DNA of 64,000 nucleotides. Source: Mobula hypostoma. Lineage: Eukaryota. The translations under genes and the position numbers were made by a program. The DNA is taken from positions 85,064,001 to 85,128,000 of the forward strand of contig NC_086102.1 in NCBI RefSeq assembly GCF_963921235.1. Reading direction: 5' to 3'. Under the pieces are notes generated by a model. It was not told the origin of the DNA, did no database searches, and worked only from the letters and a program-made list of their open reading frames with translations. This document shows, one piece after another, positions 24,012 through 36,839 of the stretch; the first letter of the stretch is position 1, and every line of letters begins with the position of its first letter.

Positions 24012-24950
24012 GTAAGTTCTCAATACTTTGAATCTGCGAGAAAACTTTGAAAGTACTGGTCAGTAATAAAGGCGATCTCAGCACCATAATGGAATCTGTA
24101 GGCTCCTTTCTATTTTACAAGGAGTAACAGAGCGGAGCCATCAACAGAACACCTTTTATTGCAAACCCGTAACTCAACTAATGGTAGTGCTTGATGCAAC
24201 AATGTATCAAACATCGCCATGTGGGATGCTCTGATTTTATGTACACTTACACATATACATTATTTTGTCTGAAAAAATAATAAAGCGCTATCATCAAGCA
24301 TTTAACTATATACAATCAATTCACTACCTACATCGATATATCACTGTAAATCCAACCAATTTGATCTGTGTTCACTGAACTCTTCATCTCCAGACATTGG
24401 TGAACCTTGTGGATCAGGTTTCTATCTCCGTGCAACATGCAAAGGACTGGAGGAACTCAGTGAGTCAGGCAGTGTCTGTCGTGGAAAATAGACGAGTCAA
24501 GACCCTTCATCTGGACTAAAAACACGTTCTGTCCAGTTCCCTCCATGGATACTGCCTGACATGCTGGGTTCTTCAGCTCTTTGTGTGCGTGATCCAGATG
24601 TCCAGTGTCTGCAGTCTCCTGTTTTTCCATCCCTCTGCCTTTGGTTTCATCCTGACTTGCATCCCAGCTCTTACTCTAACTCCTTAGACGCACTTGACTA
24701 TCACCTTTCACAATACCAGCTGCTCTTCCCAGCGAGCCCCTCTTGAACTTCCAAAGTCATCTTTTCTGCATGTAATCTGCTGTGATGGTTTCCAGTCTGC
24801 TACACTGCCCCCTATGCAGTATTGAGCACAGACCTAATGCAACATTCCTCCTAGCATCTTCTGAACTGCTTGGGAAAAATAGAACTATCACCAAAGCACT
24901 GTGCACAACAATGCACCACAGGTTTACGCTCACTACACCGGCTAATCTGA

Positions 24951-25247
<297 letters not shown>

Positions 25248-25696
25248 TAAGAAGATTGCAATATTATACAAAATGTCAAAGTTGTAACAGCTTTGTTGAA
25301 TACCTCATCAAAATTTGCATTAATTTGCTTTTTCTTTTTAGAAAAGTTTCTATTGTTGACATCCATTTTTTAAGATGTTGAGTCCTGTCTCTCACAGGTT
25401 GCCTTTGGTTCTGTTCCTTTCGTTTATCTTTGTGAAAGCAGTGACCTGTTTAAAAGTCATCGAGATTTGTACACAGATGGGAGAGGTTTAGAGAGCTGTG
25501 GGCCAAATGCAGACAAATGGGACCAGCTCGCCAGGCGACACATTGATGAGCTGGCTCCTGTGCCATATGACTCTTCAGGGCTATGGTGCTGAGGGTACTG
25601 GCCCTTCTCATTCTTTGTACTTTTACTGCTCTTTGGTCTAGTGAAAAGCTGATTAAAACATGGAAAACAACACCCATGCATGCATTAGCCAATATA

Positions 25697-26310
25697 CAAG
25701 GGGTGATTGATAAGTTCGTGGCCTGGGGTAGAAGGAGTCAAATTTAGAAAACCTAGCACATTTATTTTTCAACATAGTCCCCTCCTACATGTACACACTT
25801 AGTCCAGCGGTCGTGGAGCATACGGATCCCTTCTTTGTAGAAATGGCCCACAGCAGGGGTGATTGATAAGTTTGTGGCCTATGGTAGAAGAAGATGAGTT
25901 ATTAACTTAAACCTTTCTGCATCATCACTCAGAGGTGAACTGCACGTGCAGGTAACGAGAGCATCTTGGACCTCCAGATGGTCCACAGCAGGGGTGATTG
26001 ATAAGTTCGTGGCCTTGGGTAGAAGGAGATGAGTTATACAGCTCTTGTTACATGCACATGCAGTTCTGCAGTGCAAATGCAGAAAGTTTGAAGTTAACTC
26101 ATCTCCTTCTACCTTAGATGACGAACTTATCAATCACCCCTGCTGTGGACCACTTTCTGGAGGTCCAAGACACCGACTTCTACAAAGAAGGGATCCGTAT
26201 GCTCCATGACCGCTGGACTAAGTGTGTAAATGTGGACAAAAATAAATGAGCTAGGTTTTCTAAAATTGACTCCTTCTACCTTAGGCCACAAACTTATCAA
26301 TCACCCCTCG
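25697..26310. mobile_element. Mariner-derived foldback MITE
   Basis: TA TSD and TIR C(G/A)AGGGGTGATTGATAAGTT. The long arms carry the mariner transposase C-terminus (FYKEGIRMLHDRWTKCVNV). Confidence 0.85.
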
Positions 26311-27189
26311 TACCTTAGTGCGAGGTGAAAAAGAATGTTGAATGAAAGCACCAAAGGACCCCTATTAACATTTTATGGATAGCAGTATAGATCCAGCCAA
26401 TATTTATAGCTCAATATTAACGTGCAAAGTACATTTATTATCAAAGTATGTATACATTATATAAACTTGGGATTCACCTCCTAACAGGCAGCCACAAAAC
26501 AAAGAAACCCAAAGAAAAAACCATTAAAAAAGGTCAAACACGCATTGTGCAGGAGTTTTTTTAAAAAAGCAAATCATATAAACAAATAGAGTTCTGAATT
26601 GAAGTTCACAAAGACAGTCCTGTCCACAGACTCTTAGTTAAGCGCAGAGCAGGGAACTAAAGGTTCAAAGGTTCATTTATCATCGACATATACAACTCTG
26701 AAATTCTTCTTCTCCGGCTAGCCATGAAACCAAGAAAGAAAAGAAAGGCAGCACAATCATCAACATCCAAAACCCTCCTCCCCACACACACAAAAAAACG
26801 GAACAGGCACATCAATCCCCAAATCGCTCCTCCCACACAAAACAATTACAACAATCAAGTGAAAACACAACACAAAAAAACTATAGGACCAAAAAAAGTC
26901 TAGAGTCAAATTCCACGTTCCTTTCATTCTCCAGAATAGTAAGATAAAACAACATTCCTCTGCCCTTACTGGAAATTACATGAACGTAATCACTCTGTTT
27001 GTGAATGGCTTGCATCAGAACATGAGCAGATATCAGATCTTCCAATAATTAAAAGATTATTATTGAAATAATAAAAAAGTGTGCAGATCTTTTGCCCCTG
27101 GTTAAGCATTGATTATAATAGTCTCCTGTCCAGTAACACTTCGTTATGTTTCACAAACAGTGATGCATCTGCACACTAAGGGGGTGAAG

Positions 27190-27305
27190 CAGGTATAATC
27201 CCAGGGATGGATTCCACTCCCTGGGTTTACAATCTAGGACAAGAATATGGAAAAGCAGCTGCAAGGTGTGTCATTATATCATTAGGAGTTCTGACACTGG
27301 ACCTG
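27190..27305 (+). pseudogene. Degenerate duplicate of EBPL exon 3 plus upstream intron sequence
   Basis: GQEYGKAAARC--VIISLGVLTL vs [11 protein letters not shown]...IVSLEILTV. The upstream AGGT.TAA.CCCAGGG...TGGGTTTA is also shared. Confidence 0.8.
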
Positions 27306-27916
27306 ACCCTCTCTTACATAATAAAAGCACATAATTTCCAGACGATATGCACAACTTGGATTATCCTTAAAAGTATAATCAGATTTTTTTTTAAAATGCA
27401 ATGAAAAGTTAAATTTAAAAAAGACAACGGTGGACATATACTCCAGCATTTGGCTCATTAAGTCTTCTGATAACTAATACTTTAGCTATTTTTGGAACAT
27501 GTAGTACTATTCAGTTGGTGCCAGTTGCCAACCAAAATAAACTAAAACTGGTGCTTTCTGGAAAGCAGCAAGATTCCCAACGTCTTCATCAAGTAGGAAT
27601 ACTTGAAGCACTCACTGCAGGGTGTTGGGGGTGGGGGGTATAGAGAGAGAGGAGAATCAGAGACAACTTTTAAGGCTGATTACTTTTCACCATGACCAGA
27701 AGACGAACAGGTATTATGCAAATTCCCAGCCAGGGAAGAAAGCAGCAGGAAAGTGGGATGTCTGTGATAACTCAAACTTTGCCTTCCTTTCTTTTCCTCA
27801 CCCCATACCACTTCTCTTCCTCATCCAAATGAGTTGTTTGCTGTGATATGCCCAATGTTTCCTGGTTTCTGTTTTTCACTGCACCTTGCTTTCCTCATGT
27901 GTTGCTAAGGAACTAA

Positions 27917-28183
<267 letters not shown>

Positions 28184-28761
28184 ACAGTTCTGCCAATACA
28201 GCCAGGAGAAAATGAACCCTCTAGAAGTTTCTGGTAAAGAAAAGTTCATAGAATTCCATCAAAATAATGGATTTATTTTACATTTGATTTATATTTTACA
28301 ATTGGTTATATTCAATGCAGTTACATTCCATCATTCATAAGCAATAGTTCCTCTTTTTAATTATATAAGCATGAACTGTGTCCTGAGAAATCATGAAGTT
28401 ATTGTCAAATGCTGAGAATTGGCTTGCATTTATATGGGCCTCTCACTGCCCATGAATACCTCAAAACAGGTTACAGCCTATAAAGTACTTCTGAAGAAGT
28501 TATTTGTGAATGTAACAGCTAATCGGCATTAGTTGCACTCTAATTACTTAATTGAGCTGTCAGGTTGTGATGTAGGCAACGATGGCTTCAGATTTGATGG
28601 ACAGTGACCATCAGTTCACATAATAATGAAGACCATTCTACCAAGTAGCAAGTTTTGGAGTTCTCTTTTAATTTTTCAACAATGTTATATTTTTACTTGC
28701 AACACACATAAAAGTTGCTGGTGAACACAGCAGGCCAGGCAGCATCTCTAGGAAGAGATGC

Positions 28762-28797
28762 AGTCGACGTTTCGGGACGAGACCCTTCGTCAGGACT
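28762..28797 (-). ncRNA. Minimal type I hammerhead ribozyme (Penelope pseudo-LTR)
   Basis: Minus strand AGTC-CTGACGA-AGGGTCTCGTCCC-GAAA-CGTC-GACT, inside a Penelope end (28697-28985) with an inverted tail. Confidence 0.75.
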
Positions 28798-30599
28798 AAC
28801 TGAAAGAAGAGCTAGTAAGAAATTTGAGAGGGGGAGGGGGAGATCCGAAATGATAGGAGAAGACAGGAGGGGGAGGGATGGAGCCAAGAGCTGGACAGTT
28901 GATTGGCAAAAGGGATATGAGAGGATCATGCAACTTTTATGTGTGTTGCTTGAAATTCCAGCATCTGCAGATTTCCTCGTTCGTATTTTTAATTTCTGTT
29001 TTATTTTAATCTCTAAATTACCATATTGTAACAACATTTCTGTTTCAACATTAGTTAACTGCAGAGTTGACTCTGTAGTTTTTTTAAATGTCAAAAATGA
29101 CAGGTTTAGATGTGTGTCCTAAAACATCTGTTTTGGGTTTTTTTAGATTTTAGAAAGAAGCTTTATTGGGTTTGTTTAAAAAATTAAACAATTCTGCTTA
29201 ATATTGTCAATTCTTTAAAGATATTTTAACATTCATGCTGTTCTTTGATCTGTAATGAAATTTAAAGTATAAAACTTTACATTACACATTTAAAGCTTTC
29301 TGGTTGATCCAATTTAGAGGTTACCATAACCTTCTCACTTACACTATACAATATGTCACCTGTTGATGTTACTAAGTTTCAGATTTATACTATTACTATC
29401 CAACTTCTTGGGTCTTCATTCTACCTCCTGGAATGTTTAAATCGATGAGCTTCTGAAATACTATTGGAATTGCCCCATCTGTGTACTGGTATGAAGATTT
29501 ATCACAGCTTCGTGTTTTCCCCATCCATTTAAATGTTTTGTTTTGCTGATTAATGTGATGTATAGGCATCCGGGGAACCCAACCCATTGGCATGTAATAG
29601 CAACTATTGTGTAAGAATTGTCTTTTGATATTATCTTTGCAGATTTGTTTAGTGAAGATTAAAAGTATTGTTATCATCTCAGATTTATTGCATGTAATAA
29701 TACAGGTACTTTTAAATTTAGCACATAAATAATGTTTAGCTGTTTTCATAGTTTGACTGTTGGCTTGTTGAATGCATGAATCTACCTTCAAAGTTTTGTC
29801 TTAAATTTGGTCACAAGCTTAGACTATCCTAACACTTGCTGTACGGCCCATCTCTGTTTGTACATGAACTGAGGAAGAATGAAAGTTCAACCACGTTTGT
29901 GGGTCTGGAGTCCTATGTAACAAAAGGACGAAGGATATTCTTACAGTTCAAGTTTAATAGTTATTCAAACATTCATGAATACCCATAAATACAGCCAAAT
30001 GAAACTGTTCCTCGGGGACAACGGTGCAAAACACAGTACCAACAGTCACACAAGGCACATATAAATAGCATTAATCATACAGTCACACAAAAAAATAATA
30101 TACCCCGAGTCCATGAACGTTGTCGGCTACAGCAAGCCCTCAGCAGTCTACTGATGACCGCATTCCAGCTCGTCTTCTAAGTGAACACTGGCGGGCAGCA
30201 CGGACACCATGCCTCTCTCCTCAGCGACTACAAACAGGCGAGCCCAGGGCTTCGGCCTAGCCCACACTACAACCAAGGCCATGTAGCTTCCTTACCGTTG
30301 GTCCTGCCAGTAAACCTGTGAACCAGACTTACAGCATCCTCCATCACCGGTGTCCAACAGGATGTTGCGATCACAAGTAAGAGAACAAGACGATCGGTCG
30401 CTGTGAGACTGCACGCCGCCTTCACGCACCGACTCCGACAGCTTTCCGCACCAGGCAGCACCGAGTCCAGCTCCTACGCCAACGAGCTGTCGGGCGTAGA
30501 CCCGCAGCACTTGGAGTTCTTAAGTGTCCAGCATACAACAATCTAGGAGTCTCCGTGGTTACTGTTACCAGTTTTGATTTAATTCTCATGTTAATTTAA

Positions 30600-31335
30600 C
30601 TCTCTCCCCACTTTCCGCAGGGATCGCTCCCTGCGTGACTCCCTTGTCCACTCGTCCTGTGGTATTTATCCCTGCAAGGGGAACAAGCGCTACTGCTACC
30701 CCGACACCTCCTCCCTCACTACCATTCAGGGCCCCAAACAGTCCTTAAAGCTGGGGAGACACTTCACCTGCGAGTCTGTTGCGGCCGATGTGTCCGATGC
30801 GGCCTCCTGTATATCTGCGAGACCCGACATAGTTTGACAGAGTGCTTCGCCGAGCACCAGAAAAGGAGACGTGATGAGGCCATATTCAGGTTGGAGGAAC
30901 AACACCTTATAGTCTGTCTGGTTAGATCCAGTCATTGCCCCCACCCCCTTCACCATTCCCCATTTCTGTTTCCCTCTCTCACCTCACCTCCTTAGCCGCC
31001 CACCACTTCTCATGGTGCTCCTCCCCCTTTTCTTCCTGCCATGGTCTTCCAACCTCTCTATCAGATTCTTCTCCAGCCCTGTATCTCTTTCACCTATCAG
31101 TTTCCCAGCTATTTACTTCACCCCTCCCCCTGCCCCGGTTTCGTCTATTCTGTATTTCTTTCTCTTCCTCCCCGCCTTCTTACTCTGACTTCCCTTTTTT
31201 CAGTGTTGAAGAAGGGTCTCGGCCCGACACGTCGGCTGTTTGTTCGTTTCCATTGAAGCTGCTTGACGTGTTGAATTCCTCCAGCATTTTTGTGCGTTCT
31301 GCCTTGGATTTCCCGCATCCCCTGTTTACGAACCT
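30600..31335 (+). mobile_element. Penelope 3' fragment (GIY-YIG remnant plus pseudo-LTR)
   Basis: Colinear with 43250-44140; mutated hammerhead at ~31201-31237. Confidence 0.8.
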
Positions 31336-31494
31336 GCTAACCGGTACGTTTTTGGATCATGTCGGAGAGAGTGCAAAGGTGATTAACCAGGATTGGACGA
31401 CTGCAGTCATGGGTACACGTTGGAGTGAGGGAGGTTGAGAAATAGAGGTGTGTAAAATTATTACAAGTAGGGATAGGGTAGTCGGTACCAGGTC

Positions 31495-33790
31495 ATCATT
31501 ATTATTATCCTGTGCCGTGTTGTATGACGTGGCGATCATGGTCCCCTCGCTCCCACTTTCTGCTTTCTGCAGATCATCCCTATGCGACCCCCTTGTCCAT
31601 TCGTCCCTCCCCGCTGATCTCCCTTCAAGCGGAACAACCTGCCCCTGCACCTCCTCCCTCACTACCATTCAGGGCTCTTCCAGGTGAGGCGACACTTCGC
31701 CTGTGAGTCTGTTGGGGTCAGCACTGTGTGGCCTCCTGTACATCGGTGAGACCCGATGTAGATTGGGAGACCGCTTTGCCGAACACCTATTCTCCGTCCT
31801 CCAGAAAAAGCGGGATCTCCCAGTGGTCACTCATTTTAATTCCACTTCCCATTTCTATCCCGATTTTACAGCCCATGGCCGCCTCTACTGTCACGATGAA
31901 GCCACGCTCAGGTTGGAGGAGTAACACTTTGTGTTCCGTCTGGGTGGCCTCCAATCTGATGGCAAGAACATCGATTTCTCGAACTTCCGGTAACGCCGCG
32001 TCCCCTTCACCATTTCCTACTTCCATTCCTATTTCCTTCTCTCACCTTATCTCCTTGCCTGCCCCGCCCCCTTTTCTTTCTCCCATGGCCTTCAGTCCTC
32101 TCCTATCAGATTCCCCCTTCTCCAGCCCCGTATCTGTTTCACCAATCAACTGCCCAGCTCATCTCCCCCACCCCCGTCCTGATGTAGAGTCTCGGCCCGA
32201 AACGTCGACTGGACTCTTTTCCATAGATGCTATCTGGCCTGCTGAGTTCCTCCAGCAATTTGTGTGTGTTGCTTAGATTTGCAACATATGCAGATTTTCT
32301 CTTTTGTGAATGGTCTTCCACCTGTCTTTAATCTGAGAAGTTCTAATAAACTCTAAACAACTTTTTGCTTGTCCTTTCCTTGACATAATTCACGAACGTC
32401 GTGCGCTGTTGACCGCGACTTTTTCTTCCATCAATTTTCGCGTCACTGCAAGATGTTCCAGCTTCTCTTTCCTCAGTACATGCTCCAGAAATTCCACCTG
32501 CAGTTTCCTGATTGATGATATCAGCTCTCTTCTTAATCTGGCTTTTCGCGGCGCGTTCCCATTTATTACTCGGTTCTTCCACGATATTTTCATCATTCTT
32601 CCCAAAAAAACACATTTCTGCAGCTTCGAGCCTTGTCCGACATTCGCTTCGGTATGTTAGTGTGGAATAAACATAGCAGCGCAACACTCTGGGTTTCCCG
32701 CCCATAGAGATGATGATGTTCTTGCTCATATGCTCGAGCGTCCCAATCCCTCTCCGGATTTAAACATCAGCCCTACCGTCAAATGTTACCGTGCTCGCTG
32801 AGTAATTGCACTTCCACGTTTGTTTAAATTGTTTCAGTCCGTATTTCTGCATTTCTTCCTTCGTTGTGACGGCCGTACATTTGGGCTTCTTGCAGTTGAT
32901 GTTCTATCCCCTTTAGGCACTTTCTTCAATGATTTCGTATTTCTTGGAACTTCTCTTCGGAAGTAGCAGTCAGCACTGCGTATTGTAGGTTGTTCCAATT
33001 GTATCCACCAATTATCGCGCCTGGAATTCTGCTAATTTCTCTTTGAATCTTCTTGCTGTGAGTAGGCCAGGCGAGAGAACACAGCCCTACCTGACTTCCC
33101 CTCTTAATCTGGACAAAATCACTTGTCTTGTTTTCAACCCTCATTCCTGCTCTTTGTTCCCAATACAAATTTCTGATGATTCTGATACTTCCGCATCAAT
33201 GTCCAAGAGCTGAACGATTTTTATAAGCTCTTCACGTCACTTTATCGAAATATTTGGTATAAACGATGAAACATAGGTATAGGTTTTTCCGGACTTCAGT
33301 GGTACGCTCGCAAGGATGAAGGTTGCGCTTTGCGTTCCACTATCTCCATTGAAGTCGCACTGCTCTCGTGCGTTCTCTGGTGTCAAGTGTTAGTTTCTTG
33401 CTCTCATCATAACGATTCGTAGCAGGACTTTCCCAGCATGACTTATCAAACTAACTGTGCGCTGTAACTCGCATTCGATTGCTGTAGGATTTTTAATGCA
33501 GTGCAATAAACACTGATTTGATCATTTCCTCGGGTATTTCCCCGCTGTCGTATATTTCATTCAGCAATTCTGTCAACGTTTCAATCTCGAAATCTTCCAG
33601 CGCTTGAATCACTTCGATAGTAATGCCACCTGTTCCCAATGCCTGATTCTTTTTCATTTTCTTCACTGTTGCTTTAATTTCTGATTTTATAATCGGTGGG
33701 CTGTCCATATTCTTGGTAAATACTGGTGTCACTCATCTCATATCTTCAAACAAGTCGGCAATGTAATCAGGCCATCTGCCCAGGCAGGGA
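31495..33790 (-). mobile_element. RTE-clade LINE, decayed, interrupted near its 3' end
   Basis: RTE ORF fragments (EIPEEMIKSVFIAL; IKRG..QG; RLEAAEM; ISWKNRVIN..; GRKSRG) and a (TAA/TGA)n tail at ~31495-31510. Confidence 0.85.
31544..32309 (+). mobile_element. Penelope 3' fragment inserted into an RTE
   Basis: LLYIGETRCRLGDRFAEH GIY-YIG motif, flanked by a 6-bp direct repeat ATGGTC (31538-43 / 32310-15). Confidence 0.82.
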
Positions 33791-33950
33791 ATTCAAAAAT
33801 AAAGATGCATAGATTAAGATAATAGTAGTAAATTATTTAAAGAGCACTTTTCATACAAACCATATAGTTCAAAGTGCTTTATAATAGGATAAGGAGTAAA
33901 CATGAAAATAAAAGACAAAGTTGTTAGTTAAAAGCAAGGTTAAATAAATG

Positions 33951-35058
33951 ATGGAGAACCTGGGCCTCTGTACCTCTCTCTGCAATTTGATCCTCGACTT
34001 CCTAACCGGAAGACCACAATCTGTGCGGATTAGTGATAACATATCCTCCTCGCTGACGATCAACACTGGCGCACCTCAGGGGTGTGTGCTTAGCCCACTG
34101 CTCTACTCTCTGTGTACGCATGACTGTGTGGCTAGGCATAGCTCAAATACCATCTATATATGTGCTGACTATATAACCATTGTTGGTAGAATCTCAGGTG
34201 GTGACGAGAGGGTGTACAGGAGTGAGATATGCCAACTAGTGGAATGGTGCCGCAGCAACAACCTGGCACTCAACATCAGTAAGACAAAAGAGCTGATTGT
34301 GGACTTCCGGAAGGATAAGACGAAGGAACACATACCAATCCTCATAGAGGGATCAGAAGTAGGGAAAGTGAGCAGCTTCAAGTTCCTGGGTGTCAAGATC
34401 GCTAAGGATCTAACCTGATCCCAACATATTGATGTAGTCATAAAGAAGGCAAGACAGTGGCTATACTTTATTAGGAGTTTGAAGAGATTTGGCATGTCAA
34501 CAAATACACTCAAAAACTTCTATAGTTGTACTGTGGAGCATTCTGACAGGTTGCATCACTATCTGGTATGGATGGGCTACTGCACAGGACCAAAAGAAGG
34601 TACAGAAAGTTGTAAATCTAGTGAGCTCCATCTTGGGCACTAGTCTACAAAGTACCCAGGACATCTTTAGGGAGCAGTGTCTCAGAAAGGCAGCGTCCAT
34701 TATTAAGGACTCCCAGCACCCAGGGCATGCCCTTTTCTCACTGCTATCATCAGGTAGGAGGTACAGAAGCCTGAAGGCACACACTCAGCAATTCAGGAAC
34801 AGCTTCTTCCCCTCTGTCATCCGATTCCTAAATGGACATTGAAGCTTTGGACACTACCTCACTTTTTTTAATATTCAGTATTTCTGTTTTCGCACATTTT
34901 TAAAAAATCTATTCAATATATGTAATTGATTTACTTGTTTACTTATTATGTTTTGTTTTTTATTATTTTTCTCTCTCTGCTATATTATATTGACTGCTGC
35001 TGCGAAGTTAACAAATTCCACGTCACATGCCGGTGATAATAAACCTGATTCTGATTTT
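33951..35058 (+). mobile_element. Rex1/Babar-type LINE 3' portion, copy A
   Basis: [38 protein letters not shown]; tail ending AATAAA..(GATTCT). Confidence 0.85.
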
Positions 35059-35734
35059 GATCTTCCCAGGGTGGAAATGCCAGGCACTGGAGGGCATACC
35101 TTTATGGTGAGAAGGGAAATGTTTAAAGGGGATATGTGGGGCAAGTTTTGTTTCATACAGAAAGTAGTTGGTGCCTGAAATGCACTGAAAGAGTGATACT
35201 GGAAGCAAATACAATGGCAGTGTTCAAGAGGCATTGAGATAGGCACATGAATAGGGATCACACACAGGAGGAAGGAATTCATTTAATTCGGCACCCTGCT
35301 TGGCACAGATATCATGGTGCGTAAGGGCCTTTTTCTGAGCTGTACTATTTCTGTGTTCCATGTTGTGAGCACTACAATCATGTTAAATGGGATTCACTTG
35401 GAACAGATCCACCAGTAGAAAACTGACGATTTATGAGGCATTGTGGACCATCAGTCAGAGAAATGTCCACCACCAGCACACAGTCTGAAACTTCATGAGC
35501 CAGCACGTTGCTTCCTCTAACACAAGCAATGATTTAAATAAGTGTAGAAGAGCATGTCATGCACAACATTAAGCTCATCTAAAAATAATTACGAACCAGA
35601 TGAAGCCATAACACAACGATAAGCAGAAAGCTAGCAGCCAGCTGACAGAGCTATGAAATCTCACAAAGCCAGACATTCTGCCACAATTACTTATTAATGG
35701 TGGTGGATAATTAAACAGGTAACTGGGGGAAGTT

Positions 35735-36500
35735 AGACAAAAGAGCTGATTGTGGATGAAGGAACACATACCAATCCTCATAGAGGGATCAGAAGTGGAG
35801 AGAGTGAGCAGCTTCAAGTTCCTGGGTGTCAAGATCTCTGAGGATCTAACCTGGTCCCAACATATTGATGTAGTCATAAAGAAGGCAAGACAGCAGCTAT
35901 ACTTTATTAGGAGTTTGAAGAGATCTGGCATGTCAACAAATACACTCAAAAGCTAGTTTTACTGTGGAGAGTATTCTGACAGGCTGCATCACTGTCTGGT
36001 ATGGAGGGGCTACTGCACAGGACCGAAACAAGTTGCAGAAGGTTGTAAATCTAGTCAGCTCCATCTTGGGTACTAGCCTACAAAGTACCCAGGACATCTT
36101 TAGGGTGCGGTGTTTCAGAAAGACAGCATCCATTATTAAGGACCTCCAGCACCCAAGGCATGCCCTTTTCTCACTTTTACCATCAGGTAGGAGGTACAGA
36201 AGCCTTAAGTCACACACTCAGCAATTCAGGAACAGCTTCTTCACCTCTGGCATCCAATTCCTAAATGAACATTGAATCTTTGGACACTACCTCACTTTCA
36301 AAAATATGCAGTATTTCTGTTTTTGCACTTTTAAAAAATCTATTCAATATATGTAATTGATTTACTTGTTTATTTATTATTATTATTTTATTTATTTTTT
36401 CTCTCTGCTAGATTATGTATTGCATTGAACTGCTGCTGCTAAGTTAACAAATTTCACGTCACATGCCAGTGATAATAAACCCAATTCTGATTCTGATTCT
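35735..36500 (+). mobile_element. Rex1/Babar-type LINE 3' portion, copy B
   Basis: Highly similar to copy A over ~760 bp; (GATTCT)n tail. Confidence 0.85.
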
Positions 36501-36839
36501 GTTTTGAGCTGGCATTTAAAAGTGTCAACTGAGTCTGTATCCCTTATAGTTTTAGGTATTGAGTTCCATAGAATATGATGTAAAGTACTCATTAAGGACT
36601 TCAACTACATCCTTTGCTTCCAAGGAAATGTTCCTTCCTTTATCTTTGAGGGGTCCGTGCCTCTCCCCAGTTATCCTCTTGCTCCCGATGTATATATAGA
36701 ATTCCTTGGGATTTTATTTATTCCTACTTGCCAAGAACTTTTCACAGAAATGGATGTACATTTGCAATATCTCTTAATGTAGAAATGCTGCTCTGATCGC
36801 TTCCTTTATGTGGGATTAAAAATTCAAATCTGAATCAAG

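Noticed and set aside
29396-29791. 131-aa minus-strand ORF as a candidate ARL11
   Set aside because: No GTPase motifs, AT-rich and without a clear start; likely chance.
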